Positions 1 through 12,779 of a stretch of 64,000 bases of DNA are shown here, piece after piece (position 1 is the stretch's first letter; every line of letters begins with the position of its first letter). Source of the DNA: Carcharhinus longimanus (lineage: Eukaryota); assembly GCA_030264375.1 (NCBI GenBank), contig JASCQW010000043.1:68828444-68892443 (forward strand), written 5' to 3'. The notes beneath the pieces were generated by a model. It was given only the letters and a program-made list of their open reading frames with translations. It ran no database searches and was not told the DNA's origin. A program made the position numbers and the translations under genes.

Positions 1-649
1 CTGGAGATGGCCCATATCCTGTGTACTCAGTTGTCTGAGTTGCAGCCTGTTTATCTCTGCCTTTTAGGCTGCAGCCTGCTGTTTTAGTTCTTGCCCAATA
101 TTTCCAGGCCATTTTAGGTGGCCTGTTTGGCCACACTTTCCACTCTGGGTAAGGGCTTGCAGCTTGACCCTGTTGGTTAGGTGTTGCTGGCTGTAGTTGT
201 GTGACACCTTGGCTGTAAGACAGAGGGAGGAGTGTCAGTGAGTGCGCTGCAATGTGTTTGGGTGATGGAACTTTCATAGTTGAATAACTGGGAGTATTTC
301 CAACATGTGAGCTGTGGCAATAAAGTTTGAAGTGCTCAGTCTGTGAGGATGAGGTAAAACCATGAAGGCTAGATGTGAGACAAAAGCAAAATACTGAAAA
401 AAAGCACTGGAACGATTTGGCAGCATGGCAATGTTATTTACCTCTCGGCTGGGTGTACTTTCAGCAAAGGAAGGAGGAAAGTATAACAGGTTATTTGACT
501 ACCACCTTCTTGCCCACCAATGAACTCTTCCCCATGATACAGTTGCCGGCCCTTGGCCATATTAACTATCCAATTAAGTGGCAATTAAGGGCCCCAATCT
601 GCCTGCACCGCTTTAATACACTGGGTGGTGGATGGTGCGGTACACTGGG

Positions 650-922
650 AAGTTTCAAATATCCATCTTTAATATTCTGAAGTTTTTATAAATATTTGAT
701 TTATTATCATCAAACATAACTTAAGCATTTTTAAAATATCATCACAACTTATTTTATTGCATTATATCCTCATGATAAGAACAGCTGTAACCCATCTTGA
801 TTTTTTTAATATATGATCATGGGATATAGGCATCACTGGCTGGGTCAGCATTTATTGCCCATCCCTGAGGGCTTTTGTGAATAAAATACATTGCTGTGGA
901 TCTGGTGTCACATGTTGATGAA
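650..922 (+). repeat. Copy A of a local composite repeat (AT-rich unique-looking DNA plus antisense SINE 3' half)
   Basis: Aligns by eye to 2565-2990 (ATATCCATCTTTAATATTC...ATCCTCATGATAAGAACAGCT...GTCACATGT) and in inverse to 4834-5178. Confidence 0.85.
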
Positions 923-949
923 AAGGTAGGAATGAAAGAGGATATCTCC

Positions 950-1930
950 ATTGGGGATACCTTGTGTGCACTGGAGGTGCAAAGTTAATACAGTCCTTCC
1001 TTTCTTCCTCCTCACTTGGCCTCAGAAATCCCCACCTCCACCTGCTTCACCCTCACCCTTGAGTGCCCAATCTCACCCTGCCCAAGAAACCTTGCACTCC
1101 CCTTGTCCCACATCCATGACATTTCTTTGTGGACCATCTTGCAGTCCCAGCAGCCTCCACCACTTTCATCTGCCAGGACTGTAGGAGCTGGTGACCAATA
1201 TCATTGGCCAACCACTCTTGAGGACAGGATTTCCTTCCACTCTCAACTTGTTAGGCCACCATCAGTGCGGGGCAGCCTTATTTAAAATCAATCAGTTTCC
1301 AACAGACTTTTCTTGCAGGGGTGTGATGCAAACAATATTCCCACCTGTAAAATTCAGCTTGTGGTATTTGAGGATGCAGTCATTGACATTGATCATCATG
1401 TGATGCATTAAATTGCTTCTTGCACTTACACGCAGCCTCTCACAACTAGATTGTACTGACAGTGATGACTGTATGCTCCCACTGCCTCCTCACCATCTGC
1501 CTGAAGGGGCCTCTTCGACACCTGGGGTTATAGGATCTCAAGCCTCCTGTACACTTCCTGCACCAAAGCGTCCATTGCTGTATCTAAGTTCCTTGGAACA
1601 TGCTCTGTGCCTTGTTGTGCCATTTTAAATGTCCTTTCTGCTTCAAATGTTTGCTGTAACCAGCACTAGCACTGCTGTAGTCAGAATGCACTTTCACTTT
1701 AAGAGCTGCAGGGTGGCTTTAAATAGTGTGGATTAGCTTTAAGTGGTAGCAGCAGGGACTGTGGCCCTGTTCTGTGAGGTGCAATGCAGCTAGCTAACAT
1801 TTATTATCATTTAAATTGGCAGGTAGCATGAAGTTTATATGCTATCTGCATCACACCAAGCAGGCAGGGGTTAATCATGCATCATTTTCCCCGTGCCTGT
1901 TTCCAGTTCCTATCCAATTTTCCTCCAATA
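950..1930 (-). mobile_element. Degenerate PIF/Harbinger-type element with Myb/SANT-like ORF remnant
   Basis: Minus-strand CKKQFN at ~1405-1425 resembles the QC(R/K)K(K/R)FNDL end of Harbinger Myb/SANT domains; boundaries approximate. Confidence 0.4.
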
Positions 1931-2564
1931 TCACCCAGGAGAGAAAGAAAGAAAATTTATAAAATCAAAAAGCTACAGAGCAACACACTGACATGCCAAT
2001 GAAGAAAAATGCAGGTGGGCAGAAGCTAAAGTAGCTGCATACAATTCTCTTTGTAGCATACAGATTTAATGGTCTTGAAATTACTGTTAGCGATATTAGT
2101 GGCTCAACACTTAATGCGTTTGTATGAGATTACACTGTCTGCCATTTAATGCAGGCATTAAACTGTTTGTTTTATGGATTAATATCTCTGCTGAGATGGA
2201 GGACAAGGCAATGCCATACATATGCATTAAGTGTCTGTCCACTATTATCACCAACAGCGATATCGCGACTAATATCTCCACTGATTCCAGAGATCCCGAT
2301 GAATGTTCCTGGTATTTTAACAAGTCATGGTGTATTGTTTCAGACATTACAATCTGTGCTAACACATTTTTTAGTCTGCTTTATAATGACAGGAGCAATT
2401 TCAAATGTGGCGGGAGCATTGCCTACTTAGTGAATTAGGAAATTGTGGGAGGCACCCTATCATCTGCTGATAGTCGCTTGCTGTCCAACAATAGCACCTA
2501 TCTGTAGAATATAAACCTTCAAAATGTGCATGTTTTTATTTTGTCATATTAATTATTTGTGTAC

Positions 2565-2990
2565 AAGTTTAAAATATCCATCTTTAATATTCCAAAGTTT
2601 TTATAAATATTTAATTTATGTATCATCAAACATAACGTAAACATTTTATAAGTATCATTACAACTTATTTTGTTACACTTATATCCTCATGATAAGAACA
2701 GCTATAACCCATCTTGATTTTTAAAAATTTAATTGTGGGATGTGGGTATCACTGGCTAGTTGGGCATTTATTGTCCACCCCTGAGGGCATTTGAGAATAA
2801 AATACATTGCTGTGGATCTAGTGTCACATGTAGGCCAAACCAAGGATGACAGATTTCCTTCCCTAAAGGGTCTCCGAAGAGGAAATCGTTTTAACTCTAT
2901 CATGATGAAGTCAAAGAAACCAAGAAGGAATGGAGAAGTTTGTATGAAGAGCTGACTCAAAATGTAGTTAAGCAGAGGAAATGTTGATGA
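2565..2990 (+). repeat. Copy B (longest) of the local composite repeat
   Basis: Direct repeat of 650-922 and inverted repeat of 4834-5178; contains the antisense SINE core CAGATTTCCTTCCCTAAAG. Confidence 0.85.
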
Positions 2991-3704
2991 GATCCTCCAC
3001 AGCGGTTAACTCAGATAAGTGAGATATATCTGGCAGAGCATGTAGGTGCTGTCTCTCTATTGTCTTACCACAATTTTAGCATACATAGAAAAATGAAGTT
3101 TAATTAGTAGGATAAATTCAATAATCCCACACTCTGAGTAAAAGACTGAAACTGTAGACAGGAGACATAGCTATAACATTGTAGTGTCAATTTTCTGATC
3201 TTAATCCTATCTGAGGATTATTCCCTACTGGAAGCAAAGAACCCGTGAGTTTACCCTGATATGGCTGACTGGCAAACCTAGATTCATGAACTGGAAAACA
3301 TTTGGTTGGATCATGAGTTTTGGTTACCATTCTGGAGATCCAGTCTAATTATTAATGATGGGGCAGGCTTCATGCAAAATGTTAAATTTAGTATGCTGCC
3401 TCACAAACCTGTTTCTGTATTTAGGTCAAACATCTAACGCGTTTTATCTTAAAAAAAACTAGGCAAGGAATTTATGCCGCACTTCACTTACTGTAACAGT
3501 TTTTAAAAAATCTAAATTGAAACCAATGATTGCATAAAAATGATCAAGTTTATCAACCCGCTGAACCCAGAAAATGCAACTTACAGCAATTCTAAATCCC
3601 AAAAATGAAGCAGCAATAGATTGACAGCAAATGATTGTTCCAACTAATGGATCAGAACAAAATGCAGTTTCCTAACTACATTCATTCAACATAATGGTAG
3701 GAAT

Positions 3705-4100
3705 AAGAAACATAGAAAATAGGAGCAGTAGTAAATCATTTGGTTTTCAAGCCTCCTCCACCATTCAATATGTTCATGGCTGATCCTCTATCTCAACCCC
3801 GTACTCCACTTTCCCTATATCCCTTGACATCTTTGGAGTCTAGAAATTTATTTCCTTCTTAAATATATTCAGTGGCTTGGCCTTCTGTAGTGTAGAATTC
3901 CATTTGTTCACCACCCTCTAAATGACAAAGTTTCTCCTCATTTCTCCTCATCTCAGTCCTAAATGGCTTACCCCATGTCATGAGGCTGTGATCCCTCATT
4001 CGAGACCTCCATCCAGAGGAAGCAACTTCAGTCTGTCCAGCCCTGTCAAAATTTTATATGCTTCAATTAGATCCCCTCTCATCCTTCAAAACTCCAGTAA
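3705..4100 (-). mobile_element. CR1 LINE 3' fragment
   Basis: Starts with reverse-complemented tail AGAAACATAGAAAATAGGAGCAG; followed by typical CR1 3' region (AGAATTCCA...TTCACCACCCTC). Confidence 0.8.
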
Positions 4101-4732
4101 ATACATGATCCATAAAGTGGCCCATCAAGCCTGCTCCGTCACTCATTATGATCATGGTTGATCTTATCTGGACCACAGCTCCTATGTTTCCCATGTCATT
4201 ACTCCTAGATAGCTAAAAAATTATCTCAACTTTGAATATATTTAATAACTTAGCCTTTGCAGTTCCCTGGGGTTGAAAATTATAAGAATTCATGACCTTC
4301 TGAGAGAAGAAATTCCTTCTCATTTGCATTTTAAATAGGTAACCCATTATTCTGAAATTATGCCTCCTCATTCTAGATTTCCCCAAGAGCAGAAACATCC
4401 TCTCAGTACCTACTCCTGTAATGATCCCTCAGAATCTTATATATTTCAATAAGTTCACCACTGAATCTTCTATACTACAATGTATATAGGCCCAACCTGT
4501 TCAACTTTTCATCATAAGACAGTCCCTTCATCTCAGGAATCAACCAAGTAAATTTTCTCTGAACTGCCTCTGAATAAGATGACCAAAACTGTAAATGGTA
4601 ATCTTGGTGTAGACTCATCAATGCCTTGTAGCAAGCTGTTAGATTCAAGAATTTACTGACACCTCGTAGGTCTTGGACAAGTTTATTAGAAGTTCATTCA
4701 AGATGTCCACCAGCTTTTCAGTATTGCTCATC

Positions 4733-4757
4733 CTCTCTCTCTCTCTCTCTCTCTCTC
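4733..4757. repeat. (CT)n microsatellite
   Basis: About 12 CT units. Confidence 0.95.
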
Positions 4758-4833
4758 AAGATGTCACCAGTCTTTCTTGTCTCTAGTGTTCTTACATAAT
4801 ATTATTATTCATTACATTACTCCACAGAATTCC

Positions 4834-5178
4834 CATTTCCTCTGCTTAACTACATGCCATTTTGGGTCAGGTCTTCATATAAACTTCTCCATTCCTTCTT
4901 GGTTTCTTTGACTTCATCATGATAGGGTTGAAAGGATTTCCTCTTTGTAGACCCTTTAGGGAAGGAAATCTGTCATCCTTGGTCTGGCCTAAATGTGACA
5001 CCAGATCCACAGCAATGTATTTTATTCTCAAATGCCCTCAGGGATGGGCAATAAATGTCCAACTAACCAGTGATGCCCACATCCCATGATCAAATAAAAA
5101 AAAGATCAAGATGGGTTATAGCTGTTCTTATCATGAGGATATAAGTGTAATAAAATAAGTTGTAATGACATTTAAAAA
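4834..5178 (-). repeat. Copy C (inverted) of the local composite repeat
   Basis: Reverse complement of ~2640-2983. Confidence 0.85.
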
Positions 5179-5751
5179 TTGGTTAATTGAACACATGACA
5201 CAAGGTGGCCAACACTCATTAGTCCGGACCCCCGATCATGCATTGTGCATGAGTTAGTGACCTTCTGCCAAGGTTAGCTAAACACACAATGTGCACATGA
5301 TGAGCAGAGTAGCACATGTAATATTATAACATGATCTCAGCATAAATGAAGCTTTCAGCAGGGCTTATCCCATGTGAAACTTGGAACTGTGTGAAAATGT
5401 TAATAAAAATATACTTTCCCTACTTTTATACTTAATCCCCCCTGCAATTAAGGCCAGTATTTCATTTACCTTCATAATTATTTGCTGCATTTGCATGGTT
5501 TTTTTTTGTTTTATTTGCAAGGGCACCCATATTTCTCTGTATCACAGCATTCTGTAGACTCTCTTATGTTGTTTTACTATTCTTCCTACCAAAGTGGAAA
5601 ACATCACAATTTTAAATTATTCACCATTATATTTCCATTCACTTAACCTGTCTATATCTCTTTGCAGACTCTTTCTATCCACCCCACAACTAGCTTTTCT
5701 ACCTATCTTTATATTGTCAGCAAATGTGGCTACTATATACTTGACCCCTTC

Positions 5752-5830
5752 ATGCAAGTGTGAGGTGGTCCACTTTGGTAGGAATAATGGTAGGAAGGAT
5801 TATTACTTACGTGGAGAAAAACTGCAGCAG
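5752..5830 (+). mobile_element. Young CR1 ORF2 fragment running into a gap
   Basis: KCEVVHFGRNN...YYLRGEKLQ is the CR1 post-RT motif. Confidence 0.85.
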
Positions 5831-5994
5831 NNNNNNNNNNNNNNNNNNNNNNNNNNNNNNNNNNNNNNNNNNNNNNNNNNNNNNNNNNNNNNNNNNNNNN
5901 NNNNNNNNNNNNNNNNNNNNNNNNNNNNNNTGGTACAAGCTAGGGGATCCAAAGCCAAGGCTTCGTGGTTGCCAAGGGTGCTAGAGAATATGAT

Positions 5995-6270
5995 GAAACC
6001 GAAACAGAGGATGTATGATGCACGTTATATGATTTCTTAATGCAAGAACTATGCCAAATACAATCGATTGAGAAGACAAGTGAAGCAGGAAATAAGACTG
6101 GAAAGAGAGAATGTGAGAATAGAATGACAGTCAACACAAAGGGAACCCAAAATTCTCTACTAGCATGTAAATAGTAAGCAGGAAGTAAGAGCTGGTATGG
6201 ATTGTGTCGGGGAATAAAAAGGGTGATATATTCTTTGACATGCAGGGTGAGTTAGAACATTTAGTTTCTG
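5995..6270 (+). mobile_element. Old CR1 ORF2 fragment (region between endonuclease and RT)
   Basis: Degenerate K.NPK.FY..NSK motif (AAAGGGAACCCAAAATTCTCTAC). Confidence 0.55.
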
Positions 6271-8791
6271 TCTTCAACTACTTAGCCAGTCTTCTAATTC
6301 AGTCTATAACTGGCCTCAAATTCCAGGACTTGAATTTTAGCTACCTGTGTGATATATGGAGCTGTAAAAAATGCCTCTGGAAGTCCATATAAACTACATC
6401 CCATTTCAATGGAAATTAGGGGCAATGCATATCTACTCAATTAAAGGTAATGAGTGACTTGTACTTTTCCACTAGAATCTCTTCAGGGCCTTATTTTTTT
6501 AACTAACAAATATGGTTAGTTGCTCAAACAAAATCAGTTATGGTCATTGGACACGACCTACCCTTCAAAATACATGTTGGTCTGTTCCAATCAGCTCAAG
6601 TTTCTTTATGTGGTCAGCCACTCTGTTACTGACTACAGATTCAAATAACATTGCTACACTGCTCCTCCTATCAAATGTGGGAACAAAGGGGCTGGAAATG
6701 TAGGCACATGAGTGTACCCTATCAAACATCCAGCTACCTGCCTCCTTCAGGCGACTGGAGTGATGAGTGTATTCTTGTGGTACACAGGGAGAAGTATTAG
6801 AGTGCACAGTAAACACCAGTACACTCCTTCCAATTAAAGAAAACAAGCTGGGATTTTGCCAAACCAATATGAAGAGCAATACTATAAAAAACCCTGATCT
6901 GGTTGAATCATTCTTACGTGCAAACTTAACACTGGAGGTCCAGAAGACCAAATTACAAGTCTCTGAAGCCTTCTCTTACGTTTGGAGACCATCACTGTTT
7001 TTCAGATTTTGGATTTTCCCCAGACCTTTCTGATTTTATAGATTTATGGATTACATTTCACCATTTTGTGCATGATTATGATTTGATTTATTTAACTTGT
7101 TTATTATTTTGACATAGAATGCAACTGTGAAAACTCTTTTTATCTCGTTTTAACTGACTTCACGTCACTTTGTCACAGTAGTTGAATGTGTCACGCCGTG
7201 ATCCATTTTCGAGGAATTCGTGCGCGTGGAAATGCTTATTATGAAACTGCCAAAGCTGCTGAGCTGTGAGTATGTTCCTTATTGACTATCTTCTAGAATG
7301 TCATTGTTGACTTCATGAAAAACTGATTGATATCTGTACAACCCGTATCTATGAAGAACATTATCCCTGGCAAGCTTATGCACAAAATCCTTTGAAACCT
7401 TGTTGATGCTACATGCAGCGTGATACGGATCATCATGCTGTTCCCACATTTCTACATGTACATTATAAGATGCAGCGTAGGTCTTTTCTCACGTGAGCTA
7501 CAAAACATCAATCAATTTCATATTNNNNNNNNNNTAGTAATCCTAAACAGCGTTCACCTGCTGGACATGTTTCCGCTGCATCGAGGCAACAAAAATAGGC
7601 TCTACTACGCTCCTGATGAGTGCCTCATGGAATGCAAACGGAGCACATCTACCTCGTATTAAATAAGTGCACAGAACAATGAAAGGAAGTTCAATAGTGT
7701 TCCTCCTGATTATTATATTGGGAGACTACTAACCAAACATAAGGCTAGTGAAATCCCTTATGGCACCAACCACAATGCTGTTGTCAAGGTGAAAATCCTT
7801 CTTAAGGCTTGTAAGTACTGTTTCATTTCAAGCCTGTCTACATCTCAGCAGATCAGTACAAAAATCTACAGAACTTAAATGGAAAGGAAAAGCAGAGCAT
7901 GCATGATCAGGAATGAATGGTCTATTGGTAGCTCTTAATAGAGGACGAATTAGCCTGATCAGTGTCAGGATCATTGTGATAGATGTTATGAAATAAGATG
8001 CTACAGTATTTTCCTTAGACAGTATGGAATCTTGCAGAACTGGGGAACAAGCCCATGCGCGTTCTGCTTCATATGCAAACTACCATGTTTCTCAGACTTA
8101 GTTTTCAACAGCTCAGGATCTATTACCAACAACTTGCCTGGGAGTTGGAGAGGAAGTGGGTGGATTTGTGAGGGACCAGCCTGGAGCGGGAGGATATAAA
8201 TCAAGACCAATTCTAGTGGACACTTCACGTGGCCTAGACATGTACATGTGCAGGAATCCTGTCTTAGAGATCTGCCAGACAGTTTGATTGGCTAGCAGCT
8301 GTTTAATCCCAGCAGTACCAGTAGCTGCAGTTGACAGGACTGGGACAGCAAGCAGTCTCCAGAGTCTAAGTTCTAGCAGACCAGAATCAGGTAAATTAGG
8401 GGTTTTAGAATGGGGTTGGGAGTTGAAGCCCCAAGGTGGGAGGGAGGGGTGGGAGTTGGTGGAGAGCCCAGGGGGAGATGCGGGCACCCACTGAAGGCAG
8501 GTCTTTTGGGGGCCCAATGCTGATGGAAAGTACTGATGGAGGAACCGCGNNNNNNNNNNNNNNNNNNNNNNNNNNNNNNNNNNNNNNNNNNNNNNNNNNN
8601 NNNNNNNNNNNNNNNNNNNNNNNNNNNNNNNNNNNNNNNNNNNNNNNNNNNNNNNNNNNNNNNNNNNNNNNNNNNNNNNNNNNNNNNNNNNNNNNNNNNN
8701 NNNNNNNTTAAAATGCACTGCTGTCAATAAAGGAAGAGGGTTACCAGTAGATTAATTAGCTTCACATGTCGACCCCTGCCCAGGAGGCTGA

Positions 8792-8889
8792 ACACAGTAA
8801 GAAGGCTGACAACACCAGGTTTAAGTCCAACAAATTTATTTGATAGTAAACTCACAAGCTTTCGGGGTTTGCCCCTTTGTCAGGTGAAC
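8792..8889 (-). mobile_element. Penelope-like element terminus with decayed hammerhead ribozyme motif
   Basis: Minus strand CCTGACAAAGGGGCAAACCCCGAAAGC...AATAAA; core CUGAnGA/GAAA with one substitution and an intact GGGG-CAAA-CCCC stem II. Confidence 0.6.
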
Positions 8890-11800
8890 TGGCTAGCATT
8901 GCCAGAGTGCCCATGCCCAGGGGATTACCCCCCCTCTCATTGCCACTCACTGGATGGCCCTGATTGCCCCCTTCAATCCAGCAGGGGCAGGCCACTAGTT
9001 CTCCGAAAGTGGAGAGCTAGTCTGAACCCCACTGGAGTGAAATACTCCTGGCGGAATGGGAGATGCCTAAGAGCCCGGAGAATTCAGTCCCGGACAAATC
9101 AAATGGTGCCAGACATCTGGGGTGGGTACGCATGCATGAATCCAGCGCATCCCCAGATGTGAGATTTTCCCACAATGCTGCACTAGAAAATTAGTATGGC
9201 GAGGTGGTAGATTTGCCCACTCCATACATTTCTTCTCTTTCCCATATTCTAAGCCTTATAATTCTCCTTATACCCCCCTCAACTTTTTATGTGTGTCAGG
9301 GTTGTGCCACTGTGTCATAAGTTACTATATCCCCTATATAAGTCATTGATTTCAGAAGAAAGGGGTGAGAAGGTGAAACACTTGAAATAAAAGTCTATTA
9401 TGTTAATAAATTTCTCACATTCACTGTATAGTTATGTTCATAAATGAAACTACTTATTCAGGATAGCTTAATACCATGAAAGAAATAAGTTGGCAGTGTG
9501 ATATTTGCAGACAATTTTCCTTCATCTTCAAATTGCTGCTAGAATGGCAAAAAACACAGTTTCATGTGTCCCTGGTTAGCCTCGGTGTTCACCAGTGCAG
9601 CAAAGCAAATTCATTTAGAGCCGTACCTTATATTTCACGTTGTCCTATAAACTATGATATAAAGTCATAGCACTAACTGATTAATACTGGTGCCCTTTAA
9701 GTTATTCGAGTGACTGCCATAACGATGTGCTCCCCAAAGCAACAACATTGCATCTCCACATTACAAATAAAGGAAAGAAAAAGAGGAAAAGACATATAAT
9801 GTATGTACAATGACAGCAACTAAAAATTATAGCCCAATTATAATAGGCATTCTCTTATTAAACATTTTAACTTATTCTTTTTTTGGGCTTCATGCATCAT
9901 TCACAAATATATTGCCCTTTGTGTTTATTTATAACAAGATATGATTCAGAAAAATGAATGCAATAAGATAATCTGAAAAAAAAAATCAGCAGGGCTAACA
10001 ATTTGCCAACTGTAGGTATCTGAGATGGATTGCTTATTGCAGATTTGCTGGCAGACTTAACCTACAATACACAAATAACCATCTCTTATTAGCCCCTATT
10101 CATTTATTCCTGGGATACTTGTCAGGAAGACCTTTCAGTCGCCTTATAAATAGAGGCAGTATACTTTTTTTTCATTCCCTGGATATAATTTTTAAGTCAA
10201 GTTAATATCGAGAAAATTTATCTTGCCATCATCCTGTGTTATATAACACCTCTGAAACCTAAATCAATAGCAAATGCCAGATGCATTTCAAATGACCTCT
10301 TTCTGTTCATCAATAAAACATTAACTGACTAAGGACTAGTGACACCACCAAACTAAATAATGTGTAGCAATGAACTAATAATAGCAGCATCCATTGTCAA
10401 AAGTATCCCATGCCTATTTCGATATTTGGTGTACTATTATTCATGGGCCAGATTAGCAAGAGAATTAACATCTAAGTAAGGAGAAGATGTTCAACCTTTT
10501 GACTATCAGAATTGATAATGAAACGTAAGGTAACAGTGTGATCTCTCTTCCTGTAGCAAGCACCCTAATATTGCTTAATGCTTTTCATGACAGCCAGACC
10601 AAAAGTAGGAATTCTTCACTCACAAAAATAGAATTTACATTTCCTACAATTCCTGGTAGAACATCCACCGCAGTGTTGGAATTGTTTTTGAAATATGTCT
10701 AAAGAATTCTCTATGAATTCATGTGGGGAAAGGTAAAAATGTTGATGCAAAATGAGTTTTGCAGTTATACTCTTATCTTTCAATGTAAGTGAAAGAGACA
10801 GTTGTTCTAATTCAAGCCAATTCATGGCATTTCTACACATTTCTCTGTCGAGGTATATATGGAAATGTTACAAATGTACATCAAAGGACATTGACTTTCA
10901 TGCTATTTTGAGTCACAGTTAGAGAAGTCACTTTGATATGTAAATACTTTGACGTGCAATAAAATGTTGAAACCCTTTACTCGTGTTACGTTTGTACCTG
11001 ATTTGCTGTTGCGTTCTTTTAGTTATAATATGGATTCCATTTCTTACCTACAATGTCCAATTTCTGTCGTATTTCAATCTATATTACTTTCATCAAAATT
11101 TTTGCTCGTTCAGTATCCTTAAAATATTTTATTTATTTTAGCAATGAGATCTTTCATGAAATGTTTCATTTTGTAGGCATTTATCTACAAATACATACAT
11201 GTCACAAGGACATTATATTTATATTTGTTTAGCAAATAATGTAGTTACAAATAATAAATATCCTTGCTAAGAATGAATACATGGCTTTGGAGTGCCCAAA
11301 ATTAATGTCCTCTAGCTAAGAATAAGCACGATGTTATAAGCTCTGATTTTTATTATTCTATGCAACAGTATAATTGTCCTATATTGCAAAGTGTTTCATG
11401 TGACAGTGATGTGACAAATAGGGGGATTTCTGTATTTGCTTTATGTGATGTCAAATAGGGTAAATCGAATTTAACAATGACTTCAGCTATCTGTGCCTCT
11501 AGTAGTATTGGATTCTGTCTTNNNNNTGGTGACCAGTGTACATAACTGGCTACATGCAATCAGACATAATCAACATTTTCAATGGAACATGTTTGTCCTA
11601 AGTTTTTTTTTTGTTGGTTTAGTACTTTGTTCAGAAATGAGTTCAGCCATAAATTGCTTCATGTTTGCAATAGCTTATTTTAAATGTTAACATATATAGA
11701 TTGACAAACAGTAAAAAAAAATTGATTCTAATCTTCCTGAGTGCTAAAGCATTAAAGATAATGTCTGGAGGAAGTAATGATATCCAGATATTAGCAACTC

Positions 11801-12779
11801 ATTTCAGAAGGTGTGTGCTCTGTCAAATTCTCAATATATGTGTTTATATATTTGGATTTAGGATTTGAATTCCAGAAATGAACTGAAATTTGTGTCACCC
11901 ACATAAAACATTGCATCTTGAAAGTTTGTAAAGAACAAACCTGTTTCCTCCAAAAGTCCTGCTGCCTATTAGACTGTGAGAAATACATTTTGAAAAATGA
12001 TGTACCTTTGTGGACAGAATCTATTTTTATTACCTTTTAAGTATTATGTTGTTTCAGTATTGTGTGTTTTGAATTCTGCATAGTTTGTCAAGTATCATTA
12101 TTGTATATCAAAAAAAAGTCACTTTGATGCACTAACAGTCTACTAGGAAATGCTTAGACTTTTTGGGTGGGATTTTAACTAGGAGTGGGGGTATTGGTTG
12201 AACAGCGGCATGATAAGCATCATTTTCACCAGCTTCATCAGAGTGAAGCCGTTGTTATTGTAACTCCTAGTCAGCAAGTGATTGCTGAGCTGCCCACCTG
12301 ATTGTGATTGTACAGCTTATCTACTTCCCAGGAGGGACTTCTGATGCTCTCCACTTGAAGCATGAATCCAACTTTTGGAGGGAGGGCTCTTTCATTTTTG
12401 GCAGATCTGTTTGTGAATAGTGAAATGAGTTACAAGGCTGGCTCTGTTATTGCTAATTCCCTGTGTCTATTTTGCTTTTATTGATCTCTATGTTTGTCAG
12501 CTACTGTTTTTATCTCTTTAGCTTTTATTGATGTTGATATATATTAGTATTTAATGTGTGTTTTAATGCAGGCTCTCCACTTTTGATATCTGATGATGTT
12601 ACATCCCTTTGTGTTAAACAATTAACTCCTGTTCTCCTGATCTGTTATCCAGCCTGAATTATAGATGTTTTTCCATGTTTTACACACACTTGTTAATCTC
12701 TGGTGGCATTGCAAAAATCCAATTTGAAAAGTTTAAATCCAGTAAGGTAAGAAAGTGCGGGATAATGGAAACAATGTGG

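Larger units (their letters stand above)
4637..5331 (-). mobile_element. Possible solo LTR (TGTTA...TAACA termini) carrying copy C of the local repeat
   Basis: Inverted TGTTA/TAACA ends and minus-strand AATAAA near 4682; no target-site duplication seen. Confidence 0.35.
4110..5750 (-). mobile_element. Old CR1 LINE fragment interrupted by an insert at ~4637-5405
   Basis: ORF 4213-4398 (RRHNFRIMG..FK.QMRRNFFSQKVMN) is the CR1 ORF2 C-terminus; CR1 sequence resumes at ~5410. Confidence 0.8.

Noticed and set aside
2100-2510. Overlapping ORFs / possible minus-strand pseudo-exon (IPGTFIGISGISGDISRDIAVGDNSGQ)
   Set aside because: Stop density is near random expectation and there is no recognisable homology.
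7605-7645. Hammerhead-like CTGATGAG...CAAAC
   Set aside because: Lacks the GAAA core, a convincing stem II and Penelope context.
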